A DNA stretch of 64,000 bases, from NCBI GenBank assembly GCA_951406725.2, contig OX597835.1:45012001-45076000 (forward strand). Reading direction: 5' to 3'. Source of the stretch: Octopus vulgaris (lineage: Eukaryota). Position numbers and translations under genes: made by a program. The notes beneath the pieces were generated by a model. That model did not search any database. It was not told the DNA's origin and saw nothing but the letters and a program-made list of their open reading frames with translations. Below, piece after piece: positions 1 to 14,912 of the stretch; position 1 is the stretch's first letter, and the number at the start of each line of letters is the position of its first letter.

Positions 1-151
1 TGTGTGCAAGCGTGTGTGTGCGTGTGTATGTGTGTATGTATGTACGTGAGTGCATCTGTGTGTGCAAGCGTATGTGTGTGTGTGTTTGTGTGTATGTGTG
101 TATGTGTGTACGTGTGTATGTGTGTACGTGTGTGCATCAGTGTGTGCAAGC

Positions 152-182
<31 letters not shown>

Positions 183-208
183 TGTGTGTGTGAGCGTGCG
201 TGTGTGTA
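1..208. repeat. Degenerate (TG)n microsatellite
   Basis: Alternating TG with interruptions; the overlapping VC-rich ORF is an artefact. Confidence 0.95.
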
Positions 209-691
209 TCGAGGATATGTGAATAAAAATGTATGTGAAAAAGGAAACGGAATGTTTGAAATAAAAGGAAATGACTTAAGGGTTGTGAAATGAGACAAAA
301 TGTAGGAATTTAATGAAACCTTTATAAAATATTCGAGGTGTAAGAAACAGCAAACTGGAAAATCGTTTGCATGCCGTACGAAATACTTAATGGCATTTCG
401 TCCGTCTTTATATCAATTTTGTCTTTCGTTTCTTTTCTGGATTATATAAATTAAGTACCAGCTAAACTCTAGGTTCGATTTGTCCCCATCCCCCGATTCT
501 GCTGGCATCATGCCAAAATGTGAAACCATTATTAGTGATGAAGATTCGGGAGATAATAAAGATATGCATATGAGGCAAAACTGTTTGTAAAGAGATCAAA
601 TGGATTTGACTAATCCAGATTAATGACATTCACGATTGCAGTACTGAATTATTCAATTTCAAATAGGTAGATGTATTAGAACATGCTAAAT

Positions 692-854
692 CAGTGGTAC
701 ACAACCTGTGTTTCGCTGACCTCTGCTGGTCCACAAAGGTAGAACTGGGATCCGTGAACATCATAAGCTGATAGACCTTTCAATATCCTGGGTTGGTGGG
801 AAAACTCATTTAAATAAAAGGGGTCCTCGGTAGTGAAGAGTCTGGGAACCTCTG
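692..854. mobile_element. Degenerate hAT (Charlie/Tip100-like) MITE
   Basis: Begins CAGTGGTACACAACC and ends GGGAACCTCTG (imperfect TIRs); flanked by 8-bp near-duplication TGCTAAAT (684-691) / TGCTAAAG (855-862). Confidence 0.6.
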
Positions 855-929
855 TGCTAAAGTAAAGAGGCTAGTTAGTAATATGTCAAAACATAAATCC
901 AAACAGAGCTTAAATTGGAGAGTGTTTAT

Positions 930-1312
930 GGAAGCACTCCGTCGGTTACGACGACAAGGGTTCCGGTTGATCCGATCAACGGAACAGCCTGCTCGTGAAA
1001 TTAACGTGTAAGTGGCTGAGCACTCCACAGACACGTGCACCCTTAATGTAGTTCTCGGGGATATTCAGCGTGACACAGAGAGTGACAAGGCCGGCCCTTT
1101 GAAATACAGGTACAACAGAAACAGGAAGTAAGAGTGAGAGAAAGTTGTGGTGAAAGAGTACAGCAGGGATCACCACCATCCCCTGCCGGAGCCTCGTGGA
1201 GCTTTAGGTGTTTCCGCTCAATAAACACTCACAACGCCCGGTCTGGGAATCGAAACCGCGATCCTATGACCGCGAGTCCGCTGCCCTAACCACTGGGCCA
1301 TTGCGCCTCCAC
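930..1312 (-). mobile_element. tRNA-derived SINE family A, tail type 1, full length
   Basis: Minus strand reads GGAGGCGCAATGGCCCAGTGGTTAGG (A box) ... GGTTTCGATTCCC (B box); near-identical to 26220-26603. Confidence 0.92.
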
Positions 1313-1929
1313 TGAGCTTCAATTACAACAATAACAACAATATTACAAATATTACAGACATTGATAAATAACGGTATTTATCTGGATAGTGGTTTGGTCC
1401 TCGAGTGTTAAAGATTGATTGAAAGGAGATGAAAATACTGAAGCAAAATAGGGGAAGTTTAATTATTTTGTATATCAGCATATACCAGCGGAGATACGTT
1501 TAGCTCCATTAACATTAACTTTGTGTTCGAACCATGAAGCCTGTCAGTTTAAATAATGTTTTTTTCAGAATGTGTTTTCCAAGGAGAAAACCTTCGAGAA
1601 TATTTACTTAAATGCTAGGCAAGCGGTGATGAGACTTTCGAAGACATGAGAAAGGATATTTGGATAAATTGATATTTGTGACTGTATGTTGATAAAAGGG
1701 GCACTAACGATCTGAGTGACGTATTTGTTAGTCAATATTCTGATCATTTATTCATGACAGAAACACAAAGAGCCCTGTGCTGCAATAAGCGATTATTATT
1801 TTAGACTCTGCAACTGTGGCTAAATACATTTTCCTTAATATTTTCAGAACTTTTATCAAAATGCAAGAGTTCTAATTATCATGCTTCTTATTATTATCAT
1901 GTTTATAATTATCAAGTTTACTATTCTTA

Positions 1930-2600
1930 TCAGCAACTCCCTTTCAGTATTTGGCGATGATTAAACGCTTTCTACAGTAACTTAAGCAGCATTCGGTTTG
2001 TCGGTGGCTAAACAGGTACCACCGTTAGGGTAGCCTGCTAAGGAGGGTTGCTACAAACTCAGCAAGACTATCAAGAATTGTCAAAAGAACGGATAAACTA
2101 CTGAAGGTCCAACGATTATCTAGCAATGGTAGAAATTTCGGCGTGCTGGATGACCACTAGGAGTGAGCCATCCCTTAGGCTTTGCTAAAGCGTGCCTCGA
2201 AGAGAAGGTCGCTCTGTTATTAAACCACATGTGTATGGAGTGCCACTGAACATTTCGGTGAGTATTTGCTTGCATTTGAGATCATTGTGCCCCGATATTC
2301 CTGAGCCTGCGTTCCAAATTGGTTATGGATATCTTACCCTGGTTTGTTTCTGGATCATGTCAGTACGGCGGGGAGTATATGTGAGGTACTACGCAAGACT
2401 TAGTGATTTGTGCCAGGCGACTACCCGATGCCCAGTCTAGTAGGAAGGTGCCAGAGCGTGGGTAGAAGCTGCAGAATGAACTTTGCCCAAGCCGACTGCT
2501 GGTGCAATAACCTCATACACGGGAATTGCTGGCAGGTTGCATGGCCAACGGTCAGTGACGGCCTTGCTCGGTTACGAGTTGTCAGCCATCGTCGTCATTA
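1930..2600 (+). mobile_element. Probable decayed LINE-derived (RTE-like) fragment
   Basis: GC-richer island with an RTE-like 5'UTR motif (AAACTACTGAAGGTCCAA) and a 3' end with short CGT/CAT repeats; no intact ORF; family assignment is tentative. Confidence 0.35.
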
Positions 2601-2626
2601 GCATCATAATATATGCATACATATAT

Positions 2627-2858
2627 ATTTCTTTATTGCCCACAAGGGGTCAAACATAGAGTGGACAAACAATGACAAACAAAGGGATTAAGTTGATTAC
2701 ATCAACTCAGTGCGAAACTGGTACTTAATTTATCGACCCCGAAAGGATGAAAGGCAAAGTCGACCTCAGCGGAATTTGAACTCAGAACGTATCGACAGAC
2801 GAAATACCGCTAAGCATTTCGCCCGGTACACTAACATGTCTGCCAGCTCGCCGCCTTA
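2627..2858 (-). mobile_element. SINE family C, monomer
   Basis: Minus strand reads AAGGCGGCGAGCTGGCAGA ... GAGTTCAAATTCC (B box) ... TGTGGGCAATAAAGAAA; matches 40902-41137. Confidence 0.9.
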
Positions 2859-3589
2859 TATAGGAGATCAGTGAACACAACGACTTCTTCCACACCTAGT
2901 AAGTGAATAATTGGAAAAAGAAAAACGACATGTTAACGTTCGGTGTATATTGAACAGAAAGAAAAAGCAATTAAGGTGAAGAGAGAACAGGAGTGCATAC
3001 CTGCAACAGGAAGAAAAAGGACGTAAGTGTCGGTAACCAAGAGAAAGAAGGTATGAAACAAAACTAGTTATTTCATAGGACGCCTTCGCAAGCGATAGAA
3101 AAAAGAAGCAGGCAGACTTCAGGAGTGCCTCTAAGATTTAGGAGAAGAAATGCATTTGTGAATCACTCCTTGCTTAATCAAGCAGCGTTTATATCACATT
3201 TGCTTGCTTTGTACGATTCTGCTGCGCATAGCAACTGCATAATGACAGATAATACTGAAGAATGGTATCGCTTTGAGAGATTCTAATTAGTTTTATAGAG
3301 AGAGTTAATAACATGCTTGCATCGATGTTAGGACAGTGATGGAAGCATATTTCTGCTTCACACTGAGATATGAATGAAAGAGGAAAAGAATAAGAAACCG
3401 GGATAAAGATATTTACATGGAAATCCTGCGGAAACAGTCGTTTTCTCCTCATTTATAAGTATTAATATTCATTATGACAATTCTCATTACTAACACGTCT
3501 GTATCTGTCAGAAGAGATTTCCAATGTTGCATTCCGAATAGCAACATCATCTACGCCTAAATGTTATATCACTCATGAGCATATGGCTG

Positions 3590-3752
3590 TATACAAACAT
3601 ACATACATACAAACATACATACATACATTCATACATACATATATACATGCATACATACATAGATATATACATGCGCAAAACATATATACATATACACATA
3701 CATGCAAAATAACATCATCTAAATCTATATAAGTATATAAGCACATATCTAT

Positions 3753-3802
<50 letters not shown>

Positions 3803-4270
3803 CTTATATATTACATATATTTGCACATATGTACGTATGCATATATGATGCATACATATGTACATGTAAATATATTAATGAAAATTTATACACAAAGATA
3901 CAAGTATACACATATATATTTATTTATACTTATGTATGTATCTCTCTCTCTATCTATCTATGTATGTATATCGCTATATATATATATGTATGTTTATATA
4001 AGTGCATAGAAACATACATTCAAAGAGAGATATAAATACTATTGTTGTACAGGTGTGTACATCCATCCACGCATTCATCCGTCGATTCATATATACATAC
4101 ATACCAACATACATACATATATGCATACATACATACATACATACATACATACATACACACATACATATATGCATATATACATACCATACATACATACATG
4201 TCATACGTACATACATATATACCTGCATACATAGATACATACATACATACGTACATACATACATACATTT
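3590..4270. repeat. Compound (CATA)n/(TA)n microsatellite
   Basis: Direct inspection. Confidence 0.9.
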
Positions 4271-4850
4271 GAGAACCTTACTTCACAGACGATCCACTGC
4301 ATGGCATCTTCAAGAATTTTCGTTTACCCAATGCTTGAACCAATCCTGGTCGTGCGAGTGGAAGGATACAGACATGTACTGTGTGAAGCCTGTTTAGTTG
4401 ACAAGTACAATATATTCAAATGTTCATCAGACTTGTCACGCCGTATTGTTGCTGCTTGTATCTGACAATTATATTTCTGGACAGCTGCCTCGAGGCTACT
4501 GTTCCACTTGAATAAGCAACAACTTTGATCATTACAAATGAATTCATCTCGTCGCATCTGACAAATATACAGTTGCTTAAATGCAGACAGGAAATACTAA
4601 AACTATCTTGTCGAGTAAATAACAGCATTAATTCAAAATTGAAACCATATAACTCGATCGCCTCGAGCCTGACTTACAAAGATGGTAATAATCCAAAATG
4701 GAGACTAACATCTACGGTCCATGTGGATAGGCTTCGTAGCACTTCAGGCATTGTTGAACATCAAACCATTCTTAGCCTAAAGACACAAATAAAGAATCTT
4801 TATCTACCAACGCAATGTTTAGCACTCGCTCTCATTGTTCAATATTACGT

Positions 4851-5317
<467 letters not shown>

Positions 5318-5490
5318 CAGTGCCCTCGCTCGCTGTGGAGCAGATAACTCCCCTATCAGTACATAGTCTTGTGCTATGTCTGTAAGTGTAGGATTCTGTA
5401 ACTCTTATTTCTAGCAATATCGCTGCTTCAATGGTGCCTTAGTCACAATTTGTGACAACTGAATTCTTCCTTTTTGGTTTTACGTTGCGT

Positions 5491-5755
5491 AACGATAAAA
5501 ACATTGCCCTTTTCAAGACTAGCCAGGCTCATGTGCCCGGTTTCTCGGTTTCTGTGGCGTATGTGTCCCCCCCCCCAGTAGGACGGGACGCCAGTCCATC
5601 GCAGCGTTACTCATTTTTGCCAGCTGAGTGGACTGCAGCAACGTGAAATGAAGTGTTTTGCTCAAGAACACAACGCGTCGCCCGGTCCAGGAATCGAAAC
5701 CACCATCTTACGATCATGATGCTGACACCCTAACCACTAAGCCACGAGCCCCCAC
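5491..5755 (-). mobile_element. tRNA-derived SINE family D with conserved-domain-like body
   Basis: A box GTGGCTTAGTGGTTAGG, B box GGTTTCGATTCC; body GCGATGGACTGGCGTCCCGTCC; 12-bp TSD TTTACGTTGCGT (5479-5490) / TTTATGTTGCGT (5756-5767). Confidence 0.85.
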
Positions 5756-6344
5756 TTTATGTTGCGTCTAGTCTCCTACATATACGTTTCGGGTTTCCAT
5801 GAACGATAGAGTTCAGACGAATTTTTCCAGCTCTTGCATTTAGAATCTAAATTTTGCCAGAATCATTTTTGATTTTCCCCGGTATGGGCCAACAAACACC
5901 ACTGAAACCGGTTGGTCTTGTACCTAATAAGAAACACTCATCTTTTCCTATTCATTACCTTCTCTCCACAAGTACGAAGCCCAGCTTGCGTTTTGATACC
6001 TCCGGGGTGGATGAGTAGCAACGCTAGCAGAATCGATTGCTATCGCCTATTCTTTAGGCTTCAATTCCTTGATGTCATATCTCTGCTATAAACAATATAT
6101 CTGAGTTGGTGAGTGGAATTACCCGGCACTGCCGGTCCGAACATGTAGAAGTCTGGGAACCTGCTGTGTGGCATGACATGTAAGTCCTTTGCAGGCCTTC
6201 AGATCAATATGTGACGGAACTGGAAGTAAGGACAGCAAAGGCGGTGTGTTTCTTTGGATGAAATGTATTTAGGAAGTGGTCTTTCTCGATCACGAGTCGC
6301 ATTACACCAATCATTTATACATTCATGGCATCATCTTTCTCTCC

Positions 6345-6380
<36 letters not shown>

Positions 6381-6383
<3 letters not shown>

Positions 6384-6492
6384 TCTTTGATAGGTTTCGG
6401 TCAGTATTGGCCCAGACCATGTCTAACTTAATAGCACCACGTTGTAGAGTCATTCAAATCACGAATCCGACAACATGGCCCACTCAAGTAGA
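6381..6492 (-). mobile_element. 3' tail of CR1-group LINE, related to 59288-59826
   Basis: Minus strand shares GGTGCTATTAAGTTAGACATGG...GAAAC with 59771-59816 and encodes ...SLLEWA. Confidence 0.7.
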
Positions 6493-6519
6493 GATGTGTA
6501 TATGTATATATGCATATAT

Positions 6520-6596
<77 letters not shown>

Positions 6597-7826
6597 TATA
6601 GACACAATGTCGTCAGGATATAGTCAAATACCTCGTTGAAGCGAAGTCGTATGGCACCCATTTCAAAGAAATTCCCAAAGGTGGGTGAAAACTGATGAAA
6701 TAGATGCGATATTGTTACGGTAAATATTACTCTTGAACGAAGAGGTTCGGTGTGGTAAGGGGGAATATCTTTTCAATGTGCTGGACTGTCTCTAAAAGGG
6801 ACCTGTATAACATTTTCTTATGTTAGAAATAGGGAGAAATATATATAGATATGTAGAAGGCACACACTATGAAATTGCTCTTTCCATGTATGGGACACGC
6901 GCGCGTACATATACATGCATACATGCAAAGATGTACAAATGCAAACATGTATACATGCATACACCCACACACATACATGTGACTACAAATGGATCTCGAG
7001 CATCGCCGTTGCTTGGTTACTCCCTTAAAGTAGGGTGGCTTTTTAGTCCTACAAGGGACTACACACTTTTACATAGATTTGAAAACGGTCAATACCTCTT
7101 GCAGATTCGTGTAGGTTGATTACCACCGACACAGAAACATGCCTTCATTCCATCATCGAATTTTTCATTGAGGATTTTGTCTTTGTAACTACGACAGTTC
7201 ATACAATGCAACACATAATCAAGATGATATGAATGCGATTATATACACGAATAAATCTATATGCATACACAGAAAAATTATGTCCGAATGTGTACATGCC
7301 TGGAATGTAGTCAATGGTAGATCTTGAAATTAACGAGTGAGAATAGACTATTGGCGTGCAACCGAGTACGAAATATTCAAATTAATCGTTCAGTCGTAAA
7401 AATATTCTTGGTTTTAAACCAACATATTTACGTCTCACGTCTGAATAAATTTCTCATCATTCCTGGCTATGAATTATTGAATTCTGGATTTGGCAGGAAG
7501 CTACCATCACACAGAAATCGTTTGCAGTAGATTCTATCTTATCAGGTACACTTATTGAACTACCCAGCCGTCAGCCACTCATTATAATAAATAAGGCGAT
7601 GCGTATATACTTTCGCCAGCACTGAACGTCTAAGACGTTGGGGGAACTTGCAAGAATTTACAGTCCTCTCTCAAAAATACTTTATAAATAATAGAAACCC
7701 TAAATAAACATATCTGAAATAAATTATATCTGACAATGGAATTGCTGTAGGTAGGAATGTATTTGAAAGTATGTTTGTTTCATTATGACTAACCAGGGAA
7801 TAAGTTACGATAATATGCACATGGGA

Positions 7827-8113
7827 GGAAGCACTTCTTCTAGCACTCCGTCGGTTACGACGAGGGTTTCGGTTGATCCGAATCAACGGAACAGCCTGCT
7901 CGTGAAATTAACGTGTAAGTGGCTGAGCACTCCACAGACACGTATACCCTTAACGTAGTTCTCGTGTATATTCAGCGTGACACAGAGAGTGACAAGGCCG
8001 GCCCCTTGAAATACAGGTACAACAGAAACAGGAAGTAAGACTGAGAGAAAGTTGTGGTGAAAGAGTACAGCAGGGATCACCACCATCCCTGCCACTGGGC
8101 CATTGCGCCTCCA
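7827..8113 (-). mobile_element. SINE family A, tail 1, internally deleted
   Basis: Matches 930-1312 but lacks the B-box segment; flanked by AATATGCACATG / AATATACACATG duplication. Confidence 0.88.
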
Positions 8114-8844
8114 CAATATACACATGAATATTATAATCAATAGTGTGAACATGAAGGATAAATATAAAACTGGCTGTTATATTTTATTTCACTTAATTAT
8201 AAAACGTCTGTTAAGTTTATGTCTGTTCTTTTGTTTATATGTGTGTTCTCTTGTCAATGATAGCACATGTTAATGGGAACAGGTTAAAACAGAATACCGC
8301 TTTTTGTGATTTAGGCACAGAATGGAGATGTTAGTCTTAGTCCATTACACAGACGGACGTGCTTCACCGGTACTTTAATGTATCGAATACACACCCACAA
8401 GGTGTGTGCGTGTGGTGTTAGTTCGTGGGTCGGCGGCATTTTAGGCGCAAGAGAATATATTCTCAATAAACCTGGTGTTAACAACAACTGAAATTAAGCC
8501 AGAGGCGAGCGAGACGACTCACATCGGTTTACTTCTCGGAGCGACAGACAGATGTTGCGTCATTTTGAATGCCGCGTACCGAACAAGGTAAAGATTCAGT
8601 TACCTTCAGCTGTTTCTAATTCACATTTGTTTTTTTTTCCGTGGCATGAAACGTTGGGAAAATCCTACAGATGGGTCTTAGGCCATTTGTTATATAGTCA
8701 TAGCTGCAAAAGGCCTTACGACCCGATCCAGAAATTTATGCTCACAGATGCAACACCTTAACCGCCAAGCCTTTTTTGCATTACATATACACACACATGT
8801 ATATGCATTACATATACATACACGCACATGAAGACACAGACACA

Positions 8845-8914
<70 letters not shown>

Positions 8915-9251
8915 TGTGTGTGTGTGTATATGTATATATATATACGTGAACAAGGGTACAAAAATAATACCAGCATTGCTAGAAATAAGAGTAAAAAAAT
9001 GACTCGACAGCCTCACAGAGCACTAATCTCATGAGTCCGACGAAAAACGAGGGAGCGAGCAAAGCACCTTTCTATGGTGAGTTAGACTCACAAAACGAAG
9101 TACGAGTTCTTTGACTCTTATTTCTAGAAATAATGGAACTCTTTTTGTACCGTTGTTTATTAATTTGCCTTTAGGTTTTAATTGCTAACGGGCCACATAC
9201 ATTATTATATATTTGATACATTATATTATTTTATTTATACTATACACTTCG

Positions 9252-9370
9252 ACCGTTTACCAAATCCACTCACAAGTCTTTGGTCGGCCCAAGGTGCCAC
9301 GCAGTAGGACTGTAGCCGGAACCATGTGGTTGGGAAGCAAGCTCCTTACCACACAGTAACTCTGCACCTA
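9252..9370 (-). mobile_element. SINE family B, 5' fragment with deletion
   Basis: Matches the head of 9820-10228 in reverse orientation. Confidence 0.8.
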
Positions 9371-9819
9371 TATATGTATATATATACAGAGAGAAAGAGA
9401 TAGAGAGAGAAAGAGGGTGAGAGAGAGAGTTGAAATAAGACATACAAGATTTCACATGCAACATATTTTCTTTGTTCCCTACGTTGACAAACTAGTTACA
9501 CGCCATTAATTCTTTTATACTCTAAATTATTTTGTCTTTCCAAACTTTGCAACACGTTTCAAACATCGTTTAGAGCCTCAGTCCCTCCTCTTTACGCCAA
9601 AGAAAATATAGATATAATCCTCTTACAATTTCGAAACAATATCCAAAAGCAATAAGCATCGAACGACTATATAGAAGCTATTGAGACTTCTGGACGTTTA
9701 TCCTGGGTGTATGGCAATTATTAACCCCAGTAAAAAGAAAACATTCTTAGATTAGATTTGAACATAATGCCATGCATATTAACATAATATTCGAATCATA
9801 TTTAACAAACAAAAAAAAA

Positions 9820-10228
9820 AGGAGTGGCTGTCTGGTAATTAGCTTACTTAGGAACCACATGGTTCCGGGTTCAGTCCCACTGCGTTGCACCTTGGGCAGG
9901 TGTCTTCTACTATAGCCTCGGGCCGACAAAAGCTTTGTGAGTGGATTTGGCAGAAGGAAACTGAAAGAAGCCCGTCGTATATGTGTATATATATATATAT
10001 ATGTGTGTGTGTGTTGTGTTTGTCCCTCCCCCAACATCGCTTGATAGCCGATGCTGGTGTGTTTATGTCCCCGTAACTTAGCAGTTCGGCAAAAAGAGAC
10101 CGATAGAATAAGTACTAGGGCTTACAAAGAATAAGTCCTGGGGTCGACTTGCTCGACTAAAGGCAGTGCTCCAGCATGGCCACAGTCACTTGACTGAAAC
10201 AAGTAAAAGAGTAAAAGAGTAAAAGAGA
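9820..10228 (+). mobile_element. SINE family B (tRNA head, CORE-like segment, internal TA/TG tract, (TAAAAGAG)n tail)
   Basis: GGAGTGGCTGTCTGGTAA ... GGTTCAGTCCC ... CCTTGGGCAGGTG ... GACTGAAACAAGTAAAAGAGTAAAAGAG; about 10 copies in the window. Confidence 0.92.
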
Positions 10229-10679
10229 GAGCGAGAGATTGCGTGTAAAAAGAGGGATAAAGAAAGGATGAAGGGCTAAAATCAAACGTCTTTTTGACTC
10301 AGGTTTCAAAAAAAAAAATTAATAAATATGGCTGCATCATTTTCCAACTCCTGCCATTCATTTGTTTCTGGGTCAGTTCATTTCTTTCTTCAAAAAATAC
10401 ATTTTTCTTGTTTCTTGATCGTAATCTCGAAAATTTTGAAGCAAAACCACTATTTTTAACGTGGCGTTACGTAACTCAAATCAGAAATAATTCAACAAAT
10501 GTGAGACTAGTTATTCCGTATGCAGCATAGAGAAACCATTCTCGGCTGTGATAGCCGAACTGTCGTGGATATAAGCTGGTCTTTCGCATTGAATTATTAT
10601 GAGAGCATTTCTTTCTAGAGTAATTTTCATTTAATCTGACTCGGTATAACTCTCGGTCTCTGTCGTAGTCTGCTTCTGT

Positions 10680-10699
10680 CTATTTTTCTCTCGCTTTCT

Positions 10700-10766
<67 letters not shown>

Positions 10767-10867
10767 GCCTCTAACTCGCCTACACACTCTTTCCTAACAC
10801 ACATCACACACAGCCACACAGAAACACATATGTGTCTTTATATACATAAATAGATAAATAAATATTT

Positions 10868-10901
<34 letters not shown>

Positions 10902-10930
10902 CTAAGTATGGATTCATATGTATATATATG

Positions 10931-11014
<84 letters not shown>

Positions 11015-11218
11015 ATGTATATATGTATATATGTATGTATATAAACACACACACATGTATATATAAATATATATATGAGAGGAAAAATACTAAATAAGTG
11101 TCGAATATTCTATTCATCTATTCTAGCCTCAGGCTTCAATTTGTCGATATTCGAAATCCCAGTGACTAGCCCCGGGGCGATTCCAACGTGTATATATATA
11201 TACATACATATATATATG

Positions 11219-11286
<68 letters not shown>

Positions 11287-11404
11287 TGTGTGTGTCTGTA
11301 TATTTGTATATACATGTTTGTATTTGAAAGTGTATACATATATATGGATATACACATATATATATTATGTGTGTGCATATGTATGTACATATATGCATGT
11401 ACGC

Positions 11405-11454
<50 letters not shown>

Positions 11455-11485
11455 GTAAGTGTGTGTGCGCGCATGTGTGTGTATC
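10680..11485. repeat. Compound (CT)n/(CA)n/(TA)n/(TG)n microsatellite cluster
   Basis: Direct inspection. Confidence 0.9.
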
Positions 11486-12269
11486 CTTTTGCTTCGACAA
11501 TCATTCCTCCGTTTTTCAACCAAATGAATTACCTTTCCATTGCGTCAACCACTTAAGTGGCCGAATATTCCGCACATACACAATGAGGGGTGTATCCTTA
11601 ACGGGATAATCAAACGAAATTAATGATGGAGCAATGTAAAAAGATTGGACCTTAATTTGCTGTTACAATAATTTCTATAGATTTCCACATCATTTCTTTC
11701 TATGCAGTTTCACACACATATTCAGGTCGACCGAATTTGTGTTAAAAGAGTTTTCGCTCTGGACGCCACAGAATTGGCTCGAACTGGAGCCTCAGTTTTG
11801 CAGTATAAGCTTGATTCCTATTTGGTTATGCAGAACATGTAACCACCTACGATGTAGACACAGTTATGTCTAGTAGCAAAAAACGAAAAGCCTCTGGCTA
11901 GAATATATGATTAAAGAAAGTCTAATAGTGTTTAGAAGAGTTCTTCTCACGTCTGTAGAGAAATGATGGGCGTATGTCTGGGGAAGTGTGTTTGCGTGGA
12001 TGCGGCTGCATTTGTTGTGTTGAGAAGCGGAGAAGATAAGTGTGGAACAACTCTAGACATGCAAATGCAGAATATTTACGTACATGTATAAATATGTGCA
12101 CACACAGAGAAGCGTGTGTGAGCGCACGGACACACATACACACACATATATGATGGGAGAGAGAGAAAGAGAAAGACAGACAGAGAAACAGAGATATAAG
12201 ATATAGATGTATACATCAAGAGGTAGATGGAGTACATAGATAGCTAAATATATATATATATATAGATGA

Positions 12270-12381
12270 ATAAATGTGTGTGTATTTATATATATGCATG
12301 TATATGCGTGTGTATATATATGTATGTATTTATACACACACATATATGATATATATATGTATATACCATATATGTAGAATA

Positions 12382-12450
<69 letters not shown>

Positions 12451-12493
12451 CTCTATCCATCTATCTATCTAGGTATACAGATATATAAATACC

Positions 12494-12567
<74 letters not shown>

Positions 12568-13160
12568 CATGAAACGCTTACATCTGCAACAATGCAATGT
12601 AACGCTTTCAAACTAGTTGAAACCTGCACTAATTTCTCAAAATTTTCGTCTTGCAACATTTTCAATTTTCTTGACTGTCCATTATTTACACTGCGTTCCT
12701 TTTGTTTGTTTGTGCGCATGTGTGTGTGTGATCGTGAGTGTGTGCCTATGTATGCATGCATGTACATATGTATGTGTGTATGTATGCATGCATATATATG
12801 TAAGTATATATGTGTGTGTGTGCATCTGTATGTATGCATCCTGTATATTCACGTGCTTGCATGTCCGTGTTTGTGTATTTTCTATGTATGTGTGTGTGAG
12901 CGTCTGTTTGTATATGTGTGTACCTCTGTCTCCTTGTGTGAGCATATCTGTGTTTGTGTGTGTTATGCAACTATGTACCATCTTTGTATGTATGGATGGA
13001 TGTGCATCTCTATATGTGTGGACCCGTGTCTCCATATGTGTCCTTGTGTGGAGTAAAGTGTGTGTGTATATATGGTCATGTGTGTCAGTCTCCATTTGCG
13101 TATGTGTGCTTGTATGTTCTTATAACCTATGTACCTATCCGTCTGTATGTTGATCTGTTT
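12270..13160. repeat. (TATC)n and (GATA)n inverted arrays plus degenerate (TG/TA) tract
   Basis: (TATC)n at ~12382-12470 and (GATA)n at ~12495-12567. Confidence 0.9.
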
Positions 13161-14912
13161 ATTTTCATATCCATATGCTTACATATGCCAAAGAAAATTT
13201 TAGGAAAATAAAAATAAGAAATAAGTGGAAATGTTATCGGTGAGTGTGTTACATTATACGGCAAAAAAGGAAAATGACTCTCTCCAAACACAACGGAATT
13301 TGCTTCAACACACGAACTCATATAAAGAATCTTGCAAACCAAATTCGAAAACGAAATATCTATAAATGGTTTTCCTTTTTCTTTCTTAATTTTTGCGCAC
13401 TCCGATTTTGTAGGATCTATACAAGTTTTCATCAAACTATTTTTTTTTCAAACCAAGAGCAATAAACGGAGCCAGTTTAATTAAATGTGTATACACTCCA
13501 TGGGTAGGTGAATTCCCTGTGGTCCTATTACAGTTAGGAAAACGTTGAGAATGGATGCAACGATTAGGTAAAAAGAATAATAGGTAGAAATAAGAGTAGA
13601 AAATATACCAAGAAAAAGCAATATATATGCTGAAAGCATAAGACAAACACAGTAACGTCTCTGTCTCTCTATATATAATGAGCATTTAGAAACGTCGGGA
13701 GATATAGAATAGATTATTCTTAACAACGTTGAAACTCAAAGAGGATAGCATTTAGAATAGCAGGTTAAAATAGACTTATCTACTTCATACTTCGCGAAGT
13801 TTGAAACAACACTTCTTAAGTGGATGGATACATTGAAATTGTTAAGTTGATTTACACGTTAATACACCCGGCTTATGTAGCGAAGATGTGCGTTCGAATA
13901 ACTCGTGTAGCATTTTTTCTATTCAATATTTTAAATTCCGTATTATATATGGAACTATTATTAGCTTCAAATTATAAATTTATAACTGCATCTAAATTGA
14001 GTTCCACCAATAAACATTATTCACCACGCAGACACTCGTATTTGCACACACACATACACACACACACATAAATGTGTGTGTGCACGTGTGTATGTGTTTG
14101 TCTGATACTGGTAGTTCCATTTTTTTGTTTCAATGTTATAAATACATTTTTGATAGTTTTTGTTGTTTAATATATCACGTCTTGAGCAGACGATTAGGGT
14201 CTGAACAAAAGTTATTCTTTTCTGTTCTAAGGAGCAAAATTTCGAAAAGAAAATACTTCTTTTCGAAATGTTGAAAAAAAAAAATTATTATGGTATTGTC
14301 TTTGTCACCGAACCAAGAGAAGAAGAAGGTGGGAAACGGTTTTGAAGGCGAAATTCACTTTCGCAGTCAATCTCAAGCAGCCAATCTATGGAACATGGCA
14401 AGAGACAAGTAGCAGCAGAATCAGTAGCAACGATAAAAACAGCAGCAACAACAACATCAACACCAACAAGACCAACAGAAGCAAGGCCGACCAAAGCAAT
14501 GACAAGAACGAACAAGAAAAACTGGGAAAAGAAAAGCAAAATCTTTAGACATAACGTGAAAATCTAGCCACCATCAGCACCATTATCTGCATTAACGCCA
14601 TTACAGTTCAGTGACTGACAACGACAAAAGGCACAGATTAAATGCTGGCAGCTCTGTAGCTGCGCTGCGTCAAGCAGAAGAAGATATAAAGATGCCAATG
14701 AATATGCAAGAATCCTGTTAAAATATGCAAGAATCATGTTAAAAAGAAATGTAAGAAGCGCTCCTCTTCACAACCCTGAAATTATTGGAAAGGACACGCA
14801 CAGAAAGGCAATAATATGAAAACGATAAGAATAATAAATGTGTTGTAGATAACAACAGGTGACAAGGCAAGAAATTGAGAAACGAGGAAGTCTTGTGTGA
14901 GACAGGTAACCT

